From an uncultured Candidatus Bathyarchaeia archaeon (lineage in GTDB: Archaea; Thermoproteota; Bathyarchaeia; Bathyarchaeales; Bathyarchaeaceae): a stretch of DNA of 64,000 nt. The translations under genes and the position numbers were made by a program. The notes beneath the pieces were generated by a model. It searched no databases and had not been told where the DNA came from. It saw only the letters and a list, made by a program, of their open reading frames with translations. Below, one piece after another: positions 7,502 through 16,094 of this stretch (position 1 is the stretch's first letter; every line of letters starts with the position of its first letter). The stretch spans positions 38,350 through 102,349 of the forward strand of contig CAZEBS010000001.1 of NCBI GenBank assembly GCA_964510635.1, in the 5' to 3' direction.

Positions 7502-7705
7502 CTATAATGAGGGGACGTGGGCTAGTTTTTCTGAATGCAGTTGCCCACCTGTTGCCCAATTACTTTTTGGTGCTTCGTAGATGACTATCTCGACTGCTTC
7601 TTTGGGGACTCCCAAATCTTCAAAGACTTTTGTTATCTCTTTAACTGTTTTCTTCTTGTTCTCAAGGCTCATGCCTTCCCAAACAGAAATTTGAACTATT
7701 GGCAT
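7502..7705 (-). CDS. 4-oxalocrotonate tautomerase family protein
   Basis: 67 aa. N-terminal MPIVQI (catalytic Pro-1 context) and typical tautomerase length. Confidence 0.75.
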   Translation of the reverse strand: MPIVQISVWEGMSLENKKKTVKEITKVFEDLGVPKEAVEIVIYEAPKSNWATGGQLHSEKLAHVPSL

Positions 7706-7865
7706 CTCATTTCAACCTCAAATAACACTCGTTTTTCATCTAATTAACATGTTTCCATGATGGTGTGGCATGTTCCTGCTTTGTTTCCCGAATACAAACA
7801 TGGCTAGCGATGAGTATTTACTGAGCACGTTAGCGAAGTAGTGAGCGCATATGTGTAATTGTGGT

Positions 7866-8666
7866 TTATTTGAGGAATGAGCTGAGTAGAATCCACACGA
7901 TGTCTCCATAGCCTAATGCGATGATCAAGCCTGCTGTGATGTGGATGAGTAGGGGCAAACCGGGAGTAACCCACACTCCGCCTTCAAGCTTTTCCTTTTC
8001 TACGTTTTCCAGTATTCTAGCAACAATCTCATCGCGTTCCTCGTCCTTCGGAAACACCAGCAACTTCCTCTTTACGTCCTCTCCCTCGTTAACCTCGACA
8101 TCTTCAAGAGGATACATGAACCCTTTTTCCAGCTTAGAAACGCTGACTTTGTAGCCGCTGAAAAGCGCCAATATTTTGCGCCCAAGCGACTCTGTTTCCA
8201 ATCCCTCGAAAACGCCTCCCTTGTTTCTAAGTTTCCAGAGGAGGTTACGGAAGAGGGCATAGAATACGCTGAGGGCGCCCAAGAGAACGCTGTTGGTGAA
8301 GATGGTTATGGGAAAAAGGGGCGAAACAAATCCTGTGGGCTGTGGAAGAATGTAACTGGGGTAGACGGGTAAAGCGAGGGCAATACACATCAATGCCTTA
8401 GCATCTGCTCCCCCGAAGCCTCCAGCATAGAAGATTGCTATGGCTAAGCCCGAGGTTATTGCAAACGATAAGACGTATGAGATTATGAGTTGAAGCGGTT
8501 CTGTGGAGTAAACTAGAAACTGGACGCCTGTTAAGGCAAGGGCTAATGGTCCTAAGATTGCCCAAACTTTGTTGCTTACTTCTCGGGTTTTGTAGTCGCT
8601 CCAGGATGCATAAATCAGAAAACTGAGACATACAATGATTCGTGCGCCGTCAAGTATCTGGTTCAT
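7866..8666 (-). CDS. A24-family prepilin/preflagellin peptidase
   Basis: 266 aa, polytopic. Two Asp motifs: SDYKTREVS and GFGGADAKAL. Adjacent to a pilin-like gene. Confidence 0.8.
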   Translation of the reverse strand: MNQILDGARIIVCLSFLIYASWSDYKTREVSNKVWAILGPLALALTGVQFLVYSTEPLQLIISYVLSFAITSGLAIAIFYAGGFGGADAKALMCIALALPVYPSYILPQPTGFVSPLFPITIFTNSVLLGALSVFYALFRNLLWKLRNKGGVFEGLETESLGRKILALFSGYKVSVSKLEKGFMYPLEDVEVNEGEDVKRKLLVFPKDEERDEIVARILENVEKEKLEGGVWVTPGLPLLIHITAGLIIALGYGDIVWILLSSFLK

Positions 8667-8766
8667 CCTACATCATCTACTAATTCATAGTAGTTAAAAA
8701 TAGAGTGTAATAGAACATTGGGAATTAATTTTTTGTGGGGGAAAAGGGGAAAGTGGGTGTTAGGTT

Positions 8767-9204
8767 TTATGGAGCCTCTTCGCTGAATGGGAGTTGGTAA
8801 CCTGATTCGGTGGCCACTTTGAAGTAGTATCGTGTTCCGCTTACCCAGTTGCTGCTAAGTCTAATTTGGATTACCAGCGAGTCACCTGCGGCGACAATCT
8901 GTGTACTTGGGCTGTAACTCCTTACTGATATCGTTTGAAGCTCTCCGTCTGATGGGCCTTCATAGACTGTTACAACTTTTGCGTCAGATGTTCCAGAGTT
9001 TCTTATAGTGATTTCAATGTCGTCTCCGCTGTAGAATCTTATGTTTTCAGGCGATAAGACGGCTCCTGCGTCTCCTGTTGTGGACGCTGTGAATGTGATG
9101 ACCCATGCGTAGGTGACTATGACTGCTGCGACTGCAATAACGATCAAGAGTAATGTGGCAAGGATTGGTGAAATTCCCTTTTTCGATTTTGTTATGCTTC
9201 TCAT
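8767..9204 (-). CDS. archaeal type IV pilin-like protein (class III signal peptide)
   Basis: Start moved to the internal ATG at 9204. MRSITKSKKGISPILATLLLIVIAVAAV is a class III signal peptide plus hydrophobic helix. Confidence 0.7.
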   Translation of the reverse strand: MRSITKSKKGISPILATLLLIVIAVAAVIVTYAWVITFTASTTGDAGAVLSPENIRFYSGDDIEITIRNSGTSDAKVVTVYEGPSDGELQTISVRSYSPSTQIVAAGDSLVIQIRLSSNWVSGTRYYFKVATESGYQLPFSEEAP

Positions 9205-9427
9205 TATTCGGCTTCTCCTATGCCCAGAACTTCTGAAGACAAAGTATTTAACAAATATGAAACTGCAATATGAATCACTCATAAACATTCAATTCAGATT
9301 CTAAACGTGAGAAACAATATGAAAAACGCGAAACAAACGAATTTATTTTGCAAAAAAATGCATACTTAATGTGCTGGCGCATTCACCAGTTTAGGTAACT
9401 TCTGGCGTTTTTAACTCCTTTTACGCT

Positions 9428-10006
9428 TCACAATTGCTGAAGAGTCTGTTCCTTTTCCTGAGTTGAACTTGGGCTGGTAACCTCGAAGACGAGGGGAGGC
9501 GTTACTGTTCTCACTTCCAAGCTGATTCCAAGTAGGCTCTCTGTGAATCCGCACAAAAATTCTGAATTGCTGATGAGCGGTGTTCTGATTATTATGAACT
9601 TGTCTTTAATGTAAAAGTCACCAAAACCTTGGACACGTAATCTCTTGAAAACGTCAGGCCATTTTTCCCGGTTTGTAGTTTCTATGTCAATACTGGCTTC
9701 CAACGAAACTTTAGCCATTTCTCCAATCTTTTGTCCTACTTCTCTCCACTTCTCTTTAGGAATGTGCTTGATGAGAACATCAATGAATTCGACGTTTATG
9801 AATGCTACGCGGCTGATGCCGATGTAGTATTCTCCAGGGTATTTCCAGTCATAGATTCTCATACTTCGATAAACGTCGAGCATCTTTGATACGAGGGGTT
9901 TTATTCCCGGTTCTCTTCCCTCGTTTATGAGTGAATCGATGTATTCCCGTTCGTCTTCATCTAAAATGATTGTGGTTCTTTTTACTGAACGGTCTTTTGG
10001 GGACAT
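9428..10006 (-). CDS. hypothetical protein with N-terminal RHH-like segment
   Basis: 192 aa. RTTIILDEDEREYIDSLI is RHH-like. The C-terminal domain was not identified (a V4R-like impression only). Confidence 0.45.
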   Translation of the reverse strand: MSPKDRSVKRTTIILDEDEREYIDSLINEGREPGIKPLVSKMLDVYRSMRIYDWKYPGEYYIGISRVAFINVEFIDVLIKHIPKEKWREVGQKIGEMAKVSLEASIDIETTNREKWPDVFKRLRVQGFGDFYIKDKFIIIRTPLISNSEFLCGFTESLLGISLEVRTVTPPLVFEVTSPSSTQEKEQTLQQL

Positions 10007-10227
10007 TTTTCCTCTTTCCTATATACCTAATATGCTCTTAGGCATATTAAATATGTTTCGTATTTCGAATTCGACAATGCAATAGTGAAGAGCGTTTCTA
10101 TAATCAGAATCAAGATGAAACAACATTAAGTTAGATACATAAAATGAGAATTGATGATGAGTTCATAAACGTTATTTACTAAATAAGCGCACAGAATGCA
10201 TCACAAGCAAAAGGAAGATGAAAAAAT

Positions 10228-10449
10228 ATGAACCCACCTCTGGTGTATCAAGTGGACCTGACCAAACTTGAGGGAGAAGGAGACTTTCCGTGTCCCGGTT
10301 GTGGAGTCGTCATATCTCCGGAAGACGAAACCGAGGATGTCTACGTAATAGTCAGCACCAAGGTTAATGGCGAAGACCTAGAAGAACTAGTGATTCAATG
10401 TAACCGGTGCAAAAGCAAAATCCGATTGGTCGGGTTCAATATTTCTTGA
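10228..10449 (+). CDS. small zinc-ribbon protein (paralog of 56060-56320)
   Basis: 73 aa. CPGC...CNRC. Shares DLTK(L/I)(E/D)G.GDFPCP.CG..ISPEDE.EDVY.IV...VN...LEELVIQCN.C..(K/R)IRL.GF with the 56-kb copy. Confidence 0.7.
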   Translation: MNPPLVYQVDLTKLEGEGDFPCPGCGVVISPEDETEDVYVIVSTKVNGEDLEELVIQCNRCKSKIRLVGFNIS

Positions 10450-10504
10450 AACCGACAATCTTTAAGTGAAGCCTATTCAGCCTCAAAGATTGAGTTCTAG
10501 TTTT

Positions 10505-11113
10505 CTAGCTTATTGTGACTTCTACATCATCTAAGTTGTAGGTCATTTCGGTCTCCCAGCGTACACTTATTCCTAAGGCAACCCAGACTTCTCCGCTGGA
10601 GTCCGTTTTCAAAGTTACTGTGTGCGTGTAACGTTTCCATCCTGAAACCTCATTGGCTTGCCCAAGAACAGTAAAGTCTGCTTCAACTTCAGGATCAGAC
10701 GTTCCTGCAAAACCGACAACAGCCGCTATCACATTGAAACTCTCGCTTTCACTGTAAACCTCAAAAGAAACCTTAACTTGAATTTGCGTGTTTCTTCTTG
10801 CTGACAGTGCTTTTTCGATCCAGACTGTACCGTCATCCTGTCTTCCATCAATGTATAGTTTCACAGAGTTTTGTCCAGATTTAGCAGGAGATGTTGTTCG
10901 TGAAAGGTTCCAGTCAACATGGGCGTCTGGATTGTTTGGGTCTGGGGGAACATCAGCATCTTCTGTCCATCCGCCGAAATCTTGTTCGAAGCCTTCGTTG
11001 TATGTGATTGGTTTGGGACAGAAATACCATCCAGCCGTTGCACTGATTATTGTCAGGATTCCGATGGCTGCACCTAATTTGAAACTGGTTCGCATTTTTG
11101 TAAAATTCCCCAT
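10505..11113 (-). CDS. secreted/membrane-anchored hypothetical protein
   Basis: 202 aa. N-terminal hydrophobic anchor followed by a beta-rich domain. Confidence 0.55.
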   Translation of the reverse strand: MGNFTKMRTSFKLGAAIGILTIISATAGWYFCPKPITYNEGFEQDFGGWTEDADVPPDPNNPDAHVDWNLSRTTSPAKSGQNSVKLYIDGRQDDGTVWIEKALSARRNTQIQVKVSFEVYSESESFNVIAAVVGFAGTSDPEVEADFTVLGQANEVSGWKRYTHTVTLKTDSSGEVWVALGISVRWETEMTYNLDDVEVTIS

Positions 11114-11177
11114 TTAACCAAAATGATTGTTGACGTAAATAATACTATGTTTTAGAACAGTTGGGCTGCTGGGTGTT

Positions 11178-11807
11178 CTACCAGAAGAATGGGATGTATT
11201 CCCTTACCGAAAATTTGACCCCCATCTTTTCTGTAACTTTCTTAACTCTTGAAATTTCTATCTCTGGAATTGTTACGGCTGTTGCCTCAGTTTCTAAGCC
11301 CGCTTCTTTAGCTCTTCTTATGAAGTCCAGAACATTCTCATAGGCATCTTTGAACGCAGGTTTGCAGATTTCGTTGTATGCTTCTTTGTTGTGGGCATTC
11401 AAGCTTACACTCACCTTGTCTACGCCAGCATCTTTCAGCTCCCCCACCACATCTCTTCCTTTATTCCGCAAGTATCCTTGACCGTTGGTGTCAACTCTGA
11501 CTGGCTTCCAAGAATGCTTCCTCACCCACCTAGTTACTTCCAAAACCACATCTAGCCTTTCCAAAGGCTCTCCGAAGCCACAGAAGACAATTTCGTTCCA
11601 GTTGTTTTTGTTTAATGCTTTCTGCAGTTCCTCGATCACTTCTTCTGTGGTGGGCTCCTTCTCCAGCTTCAGTTTAAATTCTTTGATGCCGTTTTTGAAC
11701 CTTCTGAAACAGAAGTAGCAGTTGTTGGGGCATTTGTTGGTTATGTTGAGGTAGAGGCTGTTGCCAAGCCAGTAGACGATGCTGGGGCTTCTGTTGGGGG
11801 TTTGCAT
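11178..11807 (-). CDS. small radical SAM protein
   Basis: 209 aa. NKCPNNCYFC matches CxxxCxxC. GFGEP motif present. Confidence 0.75.
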   Translation of the reverse strand: MQTPNRSPSIVYWLGNSLYLNITNKCPNNCYFCFRRFKNGIKEFKLKLEKEPTTEEVIEELQKALNKNNWNEIVFCGFGEPLERLDVVLEVTRWVRKHSWKPVRVDTNGQGYLRNKGRDVVGELKDAGVDKVSVSLNAHNKEAYNEICKPAFKDAYENVLDFIRRAKEAGLETEATAVTIPEIEISRVKKVTEKMGVKFSVREYIPFFW

Positions 11808-11816
11808 TTGGTTTTG

Positions 11817-12380
11817 TTATTGTTGTTGTTCTTCTTGTAGTTTTTCTTCTTCAAGTTCTTCTTCCAAAATGAAGGTGTCTTCTGGGAAGTCATCAGTTTC
11901 TGTTTCGATTTTCGGGACCGTTATCCATTGTACTTTTTTTCGTCTACTTCGGACGTCGAATCCTAGCATGAGAATGTATGGTATCGACAGGTAAGCCGCT
12001 GCCAACACTGGATTGTGGAACAGGGGAGCTAGCCCAAGTCTGGCTTGGTCCAAGGTTCCGCCAAAACCTGCTAAGGCATCCTGAATTACAAAGGCCAAAA
12101 ACGCTAGTGTAAGACATAAGCCAAATTGGACGAGAACACCTCTCTGTTTTCCTAGGAGTAATGCTGGAATAGCAGAAGACAAGAGGAAGATCCATGCGAA
12201 TGAATGGATGAATACAATCATGTCTATTTTGTCTGCCATCCAAGTGCCGATCGTTGGCAAGTAAGTGGTGATGAAATTGGTGACGCTTTCTACGGTTGTT
12301 TCAGTGAAAAGCTGGTAGCTGGTCATTAATGTCCAAGCTACGGATATGTAGACCGGGGTCAGTAAGGTAGCTTTTCCCAA
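11817..12380 (-). CDS. integral membrane protein with acidic C-terminal tail
   Basis: 187 aa with several TM helices. C-terminus is EEELEEEKLQEEQQQ. Confidence 0.5.
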   Translation of the reverse strand: MGKATLLTPVYISVAWTLMTSYQLFTETTVESVTNFITTYLPTIGTWMADKIDMIVFIHSFAWIFLLSSAIPALLLGKQRGVLVQFGLCLTLAFLAFVIQDALAGFGGTLDQARLGLAPLFHNPVLAAAYLSIPYILMLGFDVRSRRKKVQWITVPKIETETDDFPEDTFILEEELEEEKLQEEQQQ

Positions 12381-12619
12381 GCGCTTTCCCTGTTACACTA
12401 TTTGGGTGTATGATGTCTTAAGCCTTACGGTATACTGATAAGTTGTTTCGTGCAAGAAATATGATGTCAATCAAATAAAAAAATGAAAAGGAAAAATTCG
12501 GCATTGACTTACAGACCATCAGCCGACAACTGAGTTACTACCGTAAGCCAACAATAGTAACTGTGTGGTTTTGATCTTTGATGCAGATGCTGTCTGTCAT
12601 CCGAAATACGTAGAGTTTG

Positions 12620-12913
12620 CTAACGTTTTAAGGTGATTTCGATTGTTGAAATCATCCTTGAGTTGCTTTCCCCTTCTCTTGGTGGCATCTCTTCGGTTCC
12701 GATGGCGATTTTGGCTACTTTCATTTCTTTTACGAATCTTCGTCTTGCTATTTCAACTGCGTCGACTGCAGTGGTTATGGCTTGTCCCCTTGCCTTGACG
12801 GTAACTTCTTTAACTTCGGATCCGCTGAAGGCGGTTACGATGCCTAACACATAGTTCATGGGGGGTTTTCTTCCTACGTATATTATGTTCGAGTCGCTAG
12901 ATTTTTTGCTCAT
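12620..12913 (-). CDS. albA: DNA/RNA-binding protein Alba
   Basis: 97 aa. NIIYVGRKPPMNYV...KARGQAITTAVDAVEIARRRF is typical of Alba. Confidence 0.9.
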   Translation of the reverse strand: MSKKSSDSNIIYVGRKPPMNYVLGIVTAFSGSEVKEVTVKARGQAITTAVDAVEIARRRFVKEMKVAKIAIGTEEMPPREGESNSRMISTIEITLKR

Positions 12914-13010
12914 TTCTCGGTTCTCCGTTTTTTTGTGCAGTTAATGATGATTGGACCTGCTTTTAAATCCTCCTGTCATTAGAAAAACTGTGCTGGCTAT
13001 GGTTTTTTTG

Positions 13011-13313
13011 TTACATTTTCAGGTAGCCTTTTCTTCTTAGCCAGTCTGCTTGATTTCTTTTGTATCTCCAGATGATGTCGCCGCGTGTGTCGGATTGGAA
13101 ATCCCATGGGGAGACTAGGACGATGTCTCCGACGCGTATCCACATTCTTCGTTTCATTTTGCCGCGTATCCTGCAGAGGCGTTCGTTGCCGTCTTGGCAG
13201 TTTACTAGGACTCTGTCGAAGCCGAGCATTTTTGTGGCTATGCCAATTATGTCGTTGCCTTCTGGTATTTTGATGGCGTTGTAGTCTTCGCTTTTGACTT
13301 TTCTTTTGCCCAC
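13011..13313 (-). CDS. eif1a: translation initiation factor aIF-1A
   Basis: 100 aa. LCRIRGKMKRRMWIRVGDIVLVSPWDFQSD...GDIIWRY is the S1-like fold signature. Confidence 0.9.
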   Translation of the reverse strand: MGKRKVKSEDYNAIKIPEGNDIIGIATKMLGFDRVLVNCQDGNERLCRIRGKMKRRMWIRVGDIVLVSPWDFQSDTRGDIIWRYKRNQADWLRRKGYLKM

Positions 13314-13428
13314 GGCTTTACACCACTATATTCCTTTTCATAGAAGACTGCATAGCTTAAATACGTTAGTCTTTCTTGTTGACCTCTCAGGCGTGCTTAT
13401 GAAGTTTGCTTCTTTTTTTTGGGGAGGT

Positions 13429-14205
13429 TTATTGAAGGATTGTGAAAAGTAGTATGGCTGCTCCGGTTGTCCAGCAGTAGTAGGCGAATAGGTGGAATTT
13501 TTCTTTCATGATTATTTTTTGGAGAAGCTTTAAGGCGGTGTAGCCTACGATCATGGAGACTATTGTGCCTAGAAGTAGTGGAATTAGGTCTAGGTTTGTG
13601 GTTGCTAGGTCTTTTGCTTCGAAGATTGTTGCTCCGGTTATGGCGGGGATGGCTAGGAGGAATGAGTATTTGAAGGCGGCGGTTTTGTCTATTTTTTGGA
13701 GTAGTCCTGTTGCTACTGTTATGCCGCTTCTGGAGATGCCTGGGATTATGGTGAAGGCTTGTGCTAGTCCTATTAGGAATGTGTTTTGTGTGTTTAGTTT
13801 TTTGTTGCCTGTTCTTTTTTCGGATATGAATAGTACTGCGCCTGTGATTAGGAGGGCTGTTCCTACGGCGGGGAGGTTTTGGAAGAGGGATTTTAGGAAG
13901 TCGTAGAAGATGAAGCCGAAGATGGCTATGGGGATGCTGCCTGTGATTATGTAGAGGGCTGTTTTTCCTTCGTCTGTTTTGAAGTTGCCTTTGGTTAGTG
14001 CTTTGATTATGTTTGTGATGTCTTTGCGGAATGTTGTTAGGACGACGAGTAGGGTGCCGACGTGGAGCATGACGCTGTAGATGAGGGGTAGGTTTAGTCC
14101 GAGGGCTTTTTGTGTGATTACTAGGTGTCCTGAGCTGGATATTGGTAGCCACTCTGTTATGCCTTGAACTATGGCGAGGATGATGATTTCGAGTAGTGTG
14201 ACCAT
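13429..14205 (-). CDS. uppP: undecaprenyl-diphosphate phosphatase (UppP/BacA)
   Basis: 258 aa, polytopic. QGITEWLPISSSGHL and PGISRSG motifs. Confidence 0.88.
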   Translation of the reverse strand: MVTLLEIIILAIVQGITEWLPISSSGHLVITQKALGLNLPLIYSVMLHVGTLLVVLTTFRKDITNIIKALTKGNFKTDEGKTALYIITGSIPIAIFGFIFYDFLKSLFQNLPAVGTALLITGAVLFISEKRTGNKKLNTQNTFLIGLAQAFTIIPGISRSGITVATGLLQKIDKTAAFKYSFLLAIPAITGATIFEAKDLATTNLDLIPLLLGTIVSMIVGYTALKLLQKIIMKEKFHLFAYYCWTTGAAILLFTILQ

Positions 14206-14381
14206 TTTTGTTTTGCTCGCTGTCTGTTTGTCTGGTGTGTTATGGAACAGTAGCGTGTCTTTCCATATTTAACATGTGGTTAGGGTTTGTGGTGTGCTGC
14301 TGAAATTTTTTGAAAAAAGACTGTTTTCAACAATGTACCTCTATTCAAAACTAATGGGCGCGTAAAATATTTTTAACGAAA

Positions 14382-15188
14382 CTAAAAAAGCGACCCTGCA
14401 GGGAGGTTCCATGTCTTCTCATCCAAGACTATACCTTTTACACTGAGTTTTAAGGAGCACACTGCAGAGTCAGGGTCAAAGCCTACAGGGGCTAGAATTT
14501 CTCCTGAAATTTGTTGATTTTCTCCCGCCTGTAGATTCCCAATTTGTGCAGAAAAGCCGTGGGAAGCATACAGTTCAGTTAGAGTGCCTTTTTTGAGTAA
14601 TCTGGCGTTTATTGTTAAACCGCCTAATGCAGAAACATCAATGTTACTTACGGTAATGTTGACGGGATAGCTAACGGTCAAGCCTCCATAAGGATTGAAT
14701 GACCAATCCCAATCGAACTTGGAAATCAACACATCTAATGGACGTTCCAGAGCAAGTTCATAAGTAATTTGGCTGATGGATTCCAGTTGTTCACTGATTT
14801 GATTTTGCAGGTAACTGGTTTGGTTTTGAGATGCATTTAGTTGGTCTTGAATCTCGTTGATTTGAACTTGAAGATATTGGGTTTGGTTTTCCAGTTCATC
14901 GTTTCTATTTTGTTCTTCATAGATTTGGTTTTTTAGTTCGTCGTTTTTATCAAGTTGGTCGTCGATTTGTTCTTTGAGTTCATTATTCTGGTTCTGCAAC
15001 TCGGTGATTTGACCTCCTAATTCGTTGTTTTGATTTTGCAAATCATTTAGTTGATTTTGAGCTTCAGCATTCTGGCTTCGTAATTGGCTATTTAGAACTT
15101 GAACATCATTGATTTGATAGAACAAGAATCCGATGACAAGACTTAGTGAAACAACAGTTATTGTTAAACTAACAAATAGCTTATTCAT
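14382..15188 (-). CDS. membrane-anchored coiled-coil protein with Q/N-rich heptad repeats
   Basis: 268 aa. N-terminal TM helix, about 130 aa of reiterated QNQNNEL/DELKNQI units, and a C-terminal beta-rich domain. Confidence 0.6.
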   Translation of the reverse strand: MNKLFVSLTITVVSLSLVIGFLFYQINDVQVLNSQLRSQNAEAQNQLNDLQNQNNELGGQITELQNQNNELKEQIDDQLDKNDELKNQIYEEQNRNDELENQTQYLQVQINEIQDQLNASQNQTSYLQNQISEQLESISQITYELALERPLDVLISKFDWDWSFNPYGGLTVSYPVNITVSNIDVSALGGLTINARLLKKGTLTELYASHGFSAQIGNLQAGENQQISGEILAPVGFDPDSAVCSLKLSVKGIVLDEKTWNLPAGSLF

Positions 15189-15342
15189 GAAAAACGACCC
15201 TGAGACGATTTGGTTATGTTAATTTAAAAGATTTTTTGTCAAGAAAAATTGACCAGACATAAGGCTATTTCGTCATAGTTTAATAAATTAAATTCTACTA
15301 ATCAGTTAGATATATACCTCTATTAGGAGCCTACTATGATTG

Positions 15343-15486
15343 TTATGGTGTGTTGGTGATTACTTTTCCGCATTCTGGGCAGTGGATATGACGTAGGGAG
15401 GATTCGGAGTCGTAGCCTGAGATTATGGCGTCTTTTTTGGGTAGTTTGTAGCCGCAGTTGGGGCAGGTGTAGTGGTTTTTGGGCAT
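15343..15486 (-). CDS. 47-aa zinc-ribbon mini-protein (not in ORF track)
   Basis: My hand translation gives MPKNHYTCPNCGYKLPKKDAIISGYDSESSLRHIHCPECGKVITNTP, with CPNC...CPEC. ATG start. Lies 5 nt downstream of the preceding mini-ORF. Confidence 0.5.
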   Translation of the reverse strand: MPKNHYTCPNCGYKLPKKDAIISGYDSESSLRHIHCPECGKVITNTP

Positions 15487-15491
15487 TTGTT

Positions 15492-15611
15492 TTAGCCTTC
15501 GTAGAGTTCTATGATTTTTTGTGCTACATTCTTGGGGATTCCGTGCTTTATTAGTTGTTTGTATAGTGTTTTGGATTGTTGGTTGGTTTTGAGTTTGTCT
15601 AGGATGTTCAT
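15492..15611 (-). CDS. 39-aa helical mini-protein (not in ORF track)
   Basis: My hand translation gives MNILDKLKTNQQSKTLYKQLIKHGIPKNVAQKIIELYEG. Tightly packed between the two neighbouring mini-ORFs. Confidence 0.35.
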   Translation of the reverse strand: MNILDKLKTNQQSKTLYKQLIKHGIPKNVAQKIIELYEG

Positions 15612-15623
15612 GGTTCCGTCTCC

Positions 15624-15788
15624 TTATGGTGCGGTTTCGTTTAGTTCTATTAGTTTTGTTCTGATGGCTTCGGCGATGAACTCGGTTGCGCTTCTATAGC
15701 CCAAATCACTTCTACGCTTAACCAACACCCTAACCTTAACATACAAACCCGAAGGAACACTCACAGAATCATAACCCACAACAGGCAA
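15624..15788 (-). CDS. RHH-like mini-protein (not in ORF track; TTG/GTG start)
   Basis: My hand translation gives ...VGYDSVSVPSGLYVKVRVLVKRRSDLGYRSATEFIAEAIRTKLIELNETAP, which fits a strand-helix-helix pattern. An in-frame stop lies just upstream of the TTG at 15788. Confidence 0.45.
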   Translation of the reverse strand: MPVVGYDSVSVPSGLYVKVRVLVKRRSDLGYRSATEFIAEAIRTKLIELNETAP

Positions 15789-15907
15789 CAGTTTTTACCC
15801 CCTGTTTTAGTGGGCAATTCCTGTTTATATTCTTTCCTTTTTTCCTTCTTTCCTTCCAATCCTTCATAACTATGATTCCTTCAAAAATAACGCAAGGATG
15901 TCTCAGC

Positions 15908-16075
15908 ATGTCAGAACAAATTATCCAAGTAAGCAAAATCACATCTAACCGACAAGTCACTATCCCAAAAGAAATCATGAAACGCCTCAAACTAAATGGT
16001 GGAGACAAAATAGTCTGGATAGAACAAAACAACAACATAATAATCAAAAAAGGCAAAATAATTACCGAAGACTAA
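15908..16075 (+). CDS. AbrB/SpoVT (MazE-like) family DNA-binding protein
   Basis: Start moved to the ATG at 15908. ITSNRQVTIPKEIMKRLKLNGGDKIVW is the typical swapped-hairpin motif. Confidence 0.7.
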   Translation: MSEQIIQVSKITSNRQVTIPKEIMKRLKLNGGDKIVWIEQNNNIIIKKGKIITED

Positions 16076-16094
16076 TTTTATCACATCTCATTTT

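Noticed and set aside
13397-14152. 251-aa ORF overlapping uppP in another frame (HKPRPNSTT...-type sequence)
   Set aside because: The translation is low-complexity and rich in P/R/N/T/H. It is explained by the T-poor (stop-poor) A+C-rich sense strand of uppP. The uppP frame carries clear family motifs.
14384-15205. AAAAA(G)CGACCCTG motif at both ends of the coiled-coil gene (about 14384-14400 and 15189-15205)
   Set aside because: It is a short (~13-nt) imperfect match. One copy is coding and the other is in the 5' leader. There is no other evidence of mobility, so it is probably chance.
15830-15866. Polypyrimidine TTCC-rich tract resembling the TIR homopyrimidine run
   Set aside because: Only low-complexity words (CTTTCCTTCC) are shared. 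None of the specific TIR segments (CACACGGGTGTGCGTTCGTTCC, CACTATATAAA) is nearby, so I do not call it a TIR copy.
15769-16056. 95-aa minus-strand ORF overlapping the AbrB gene
   Set aside because: The sequence is hydrophobic and low-information. The AbrB frame on the plus strand and the RHH mini-ORF on the minus strand explain the region better.
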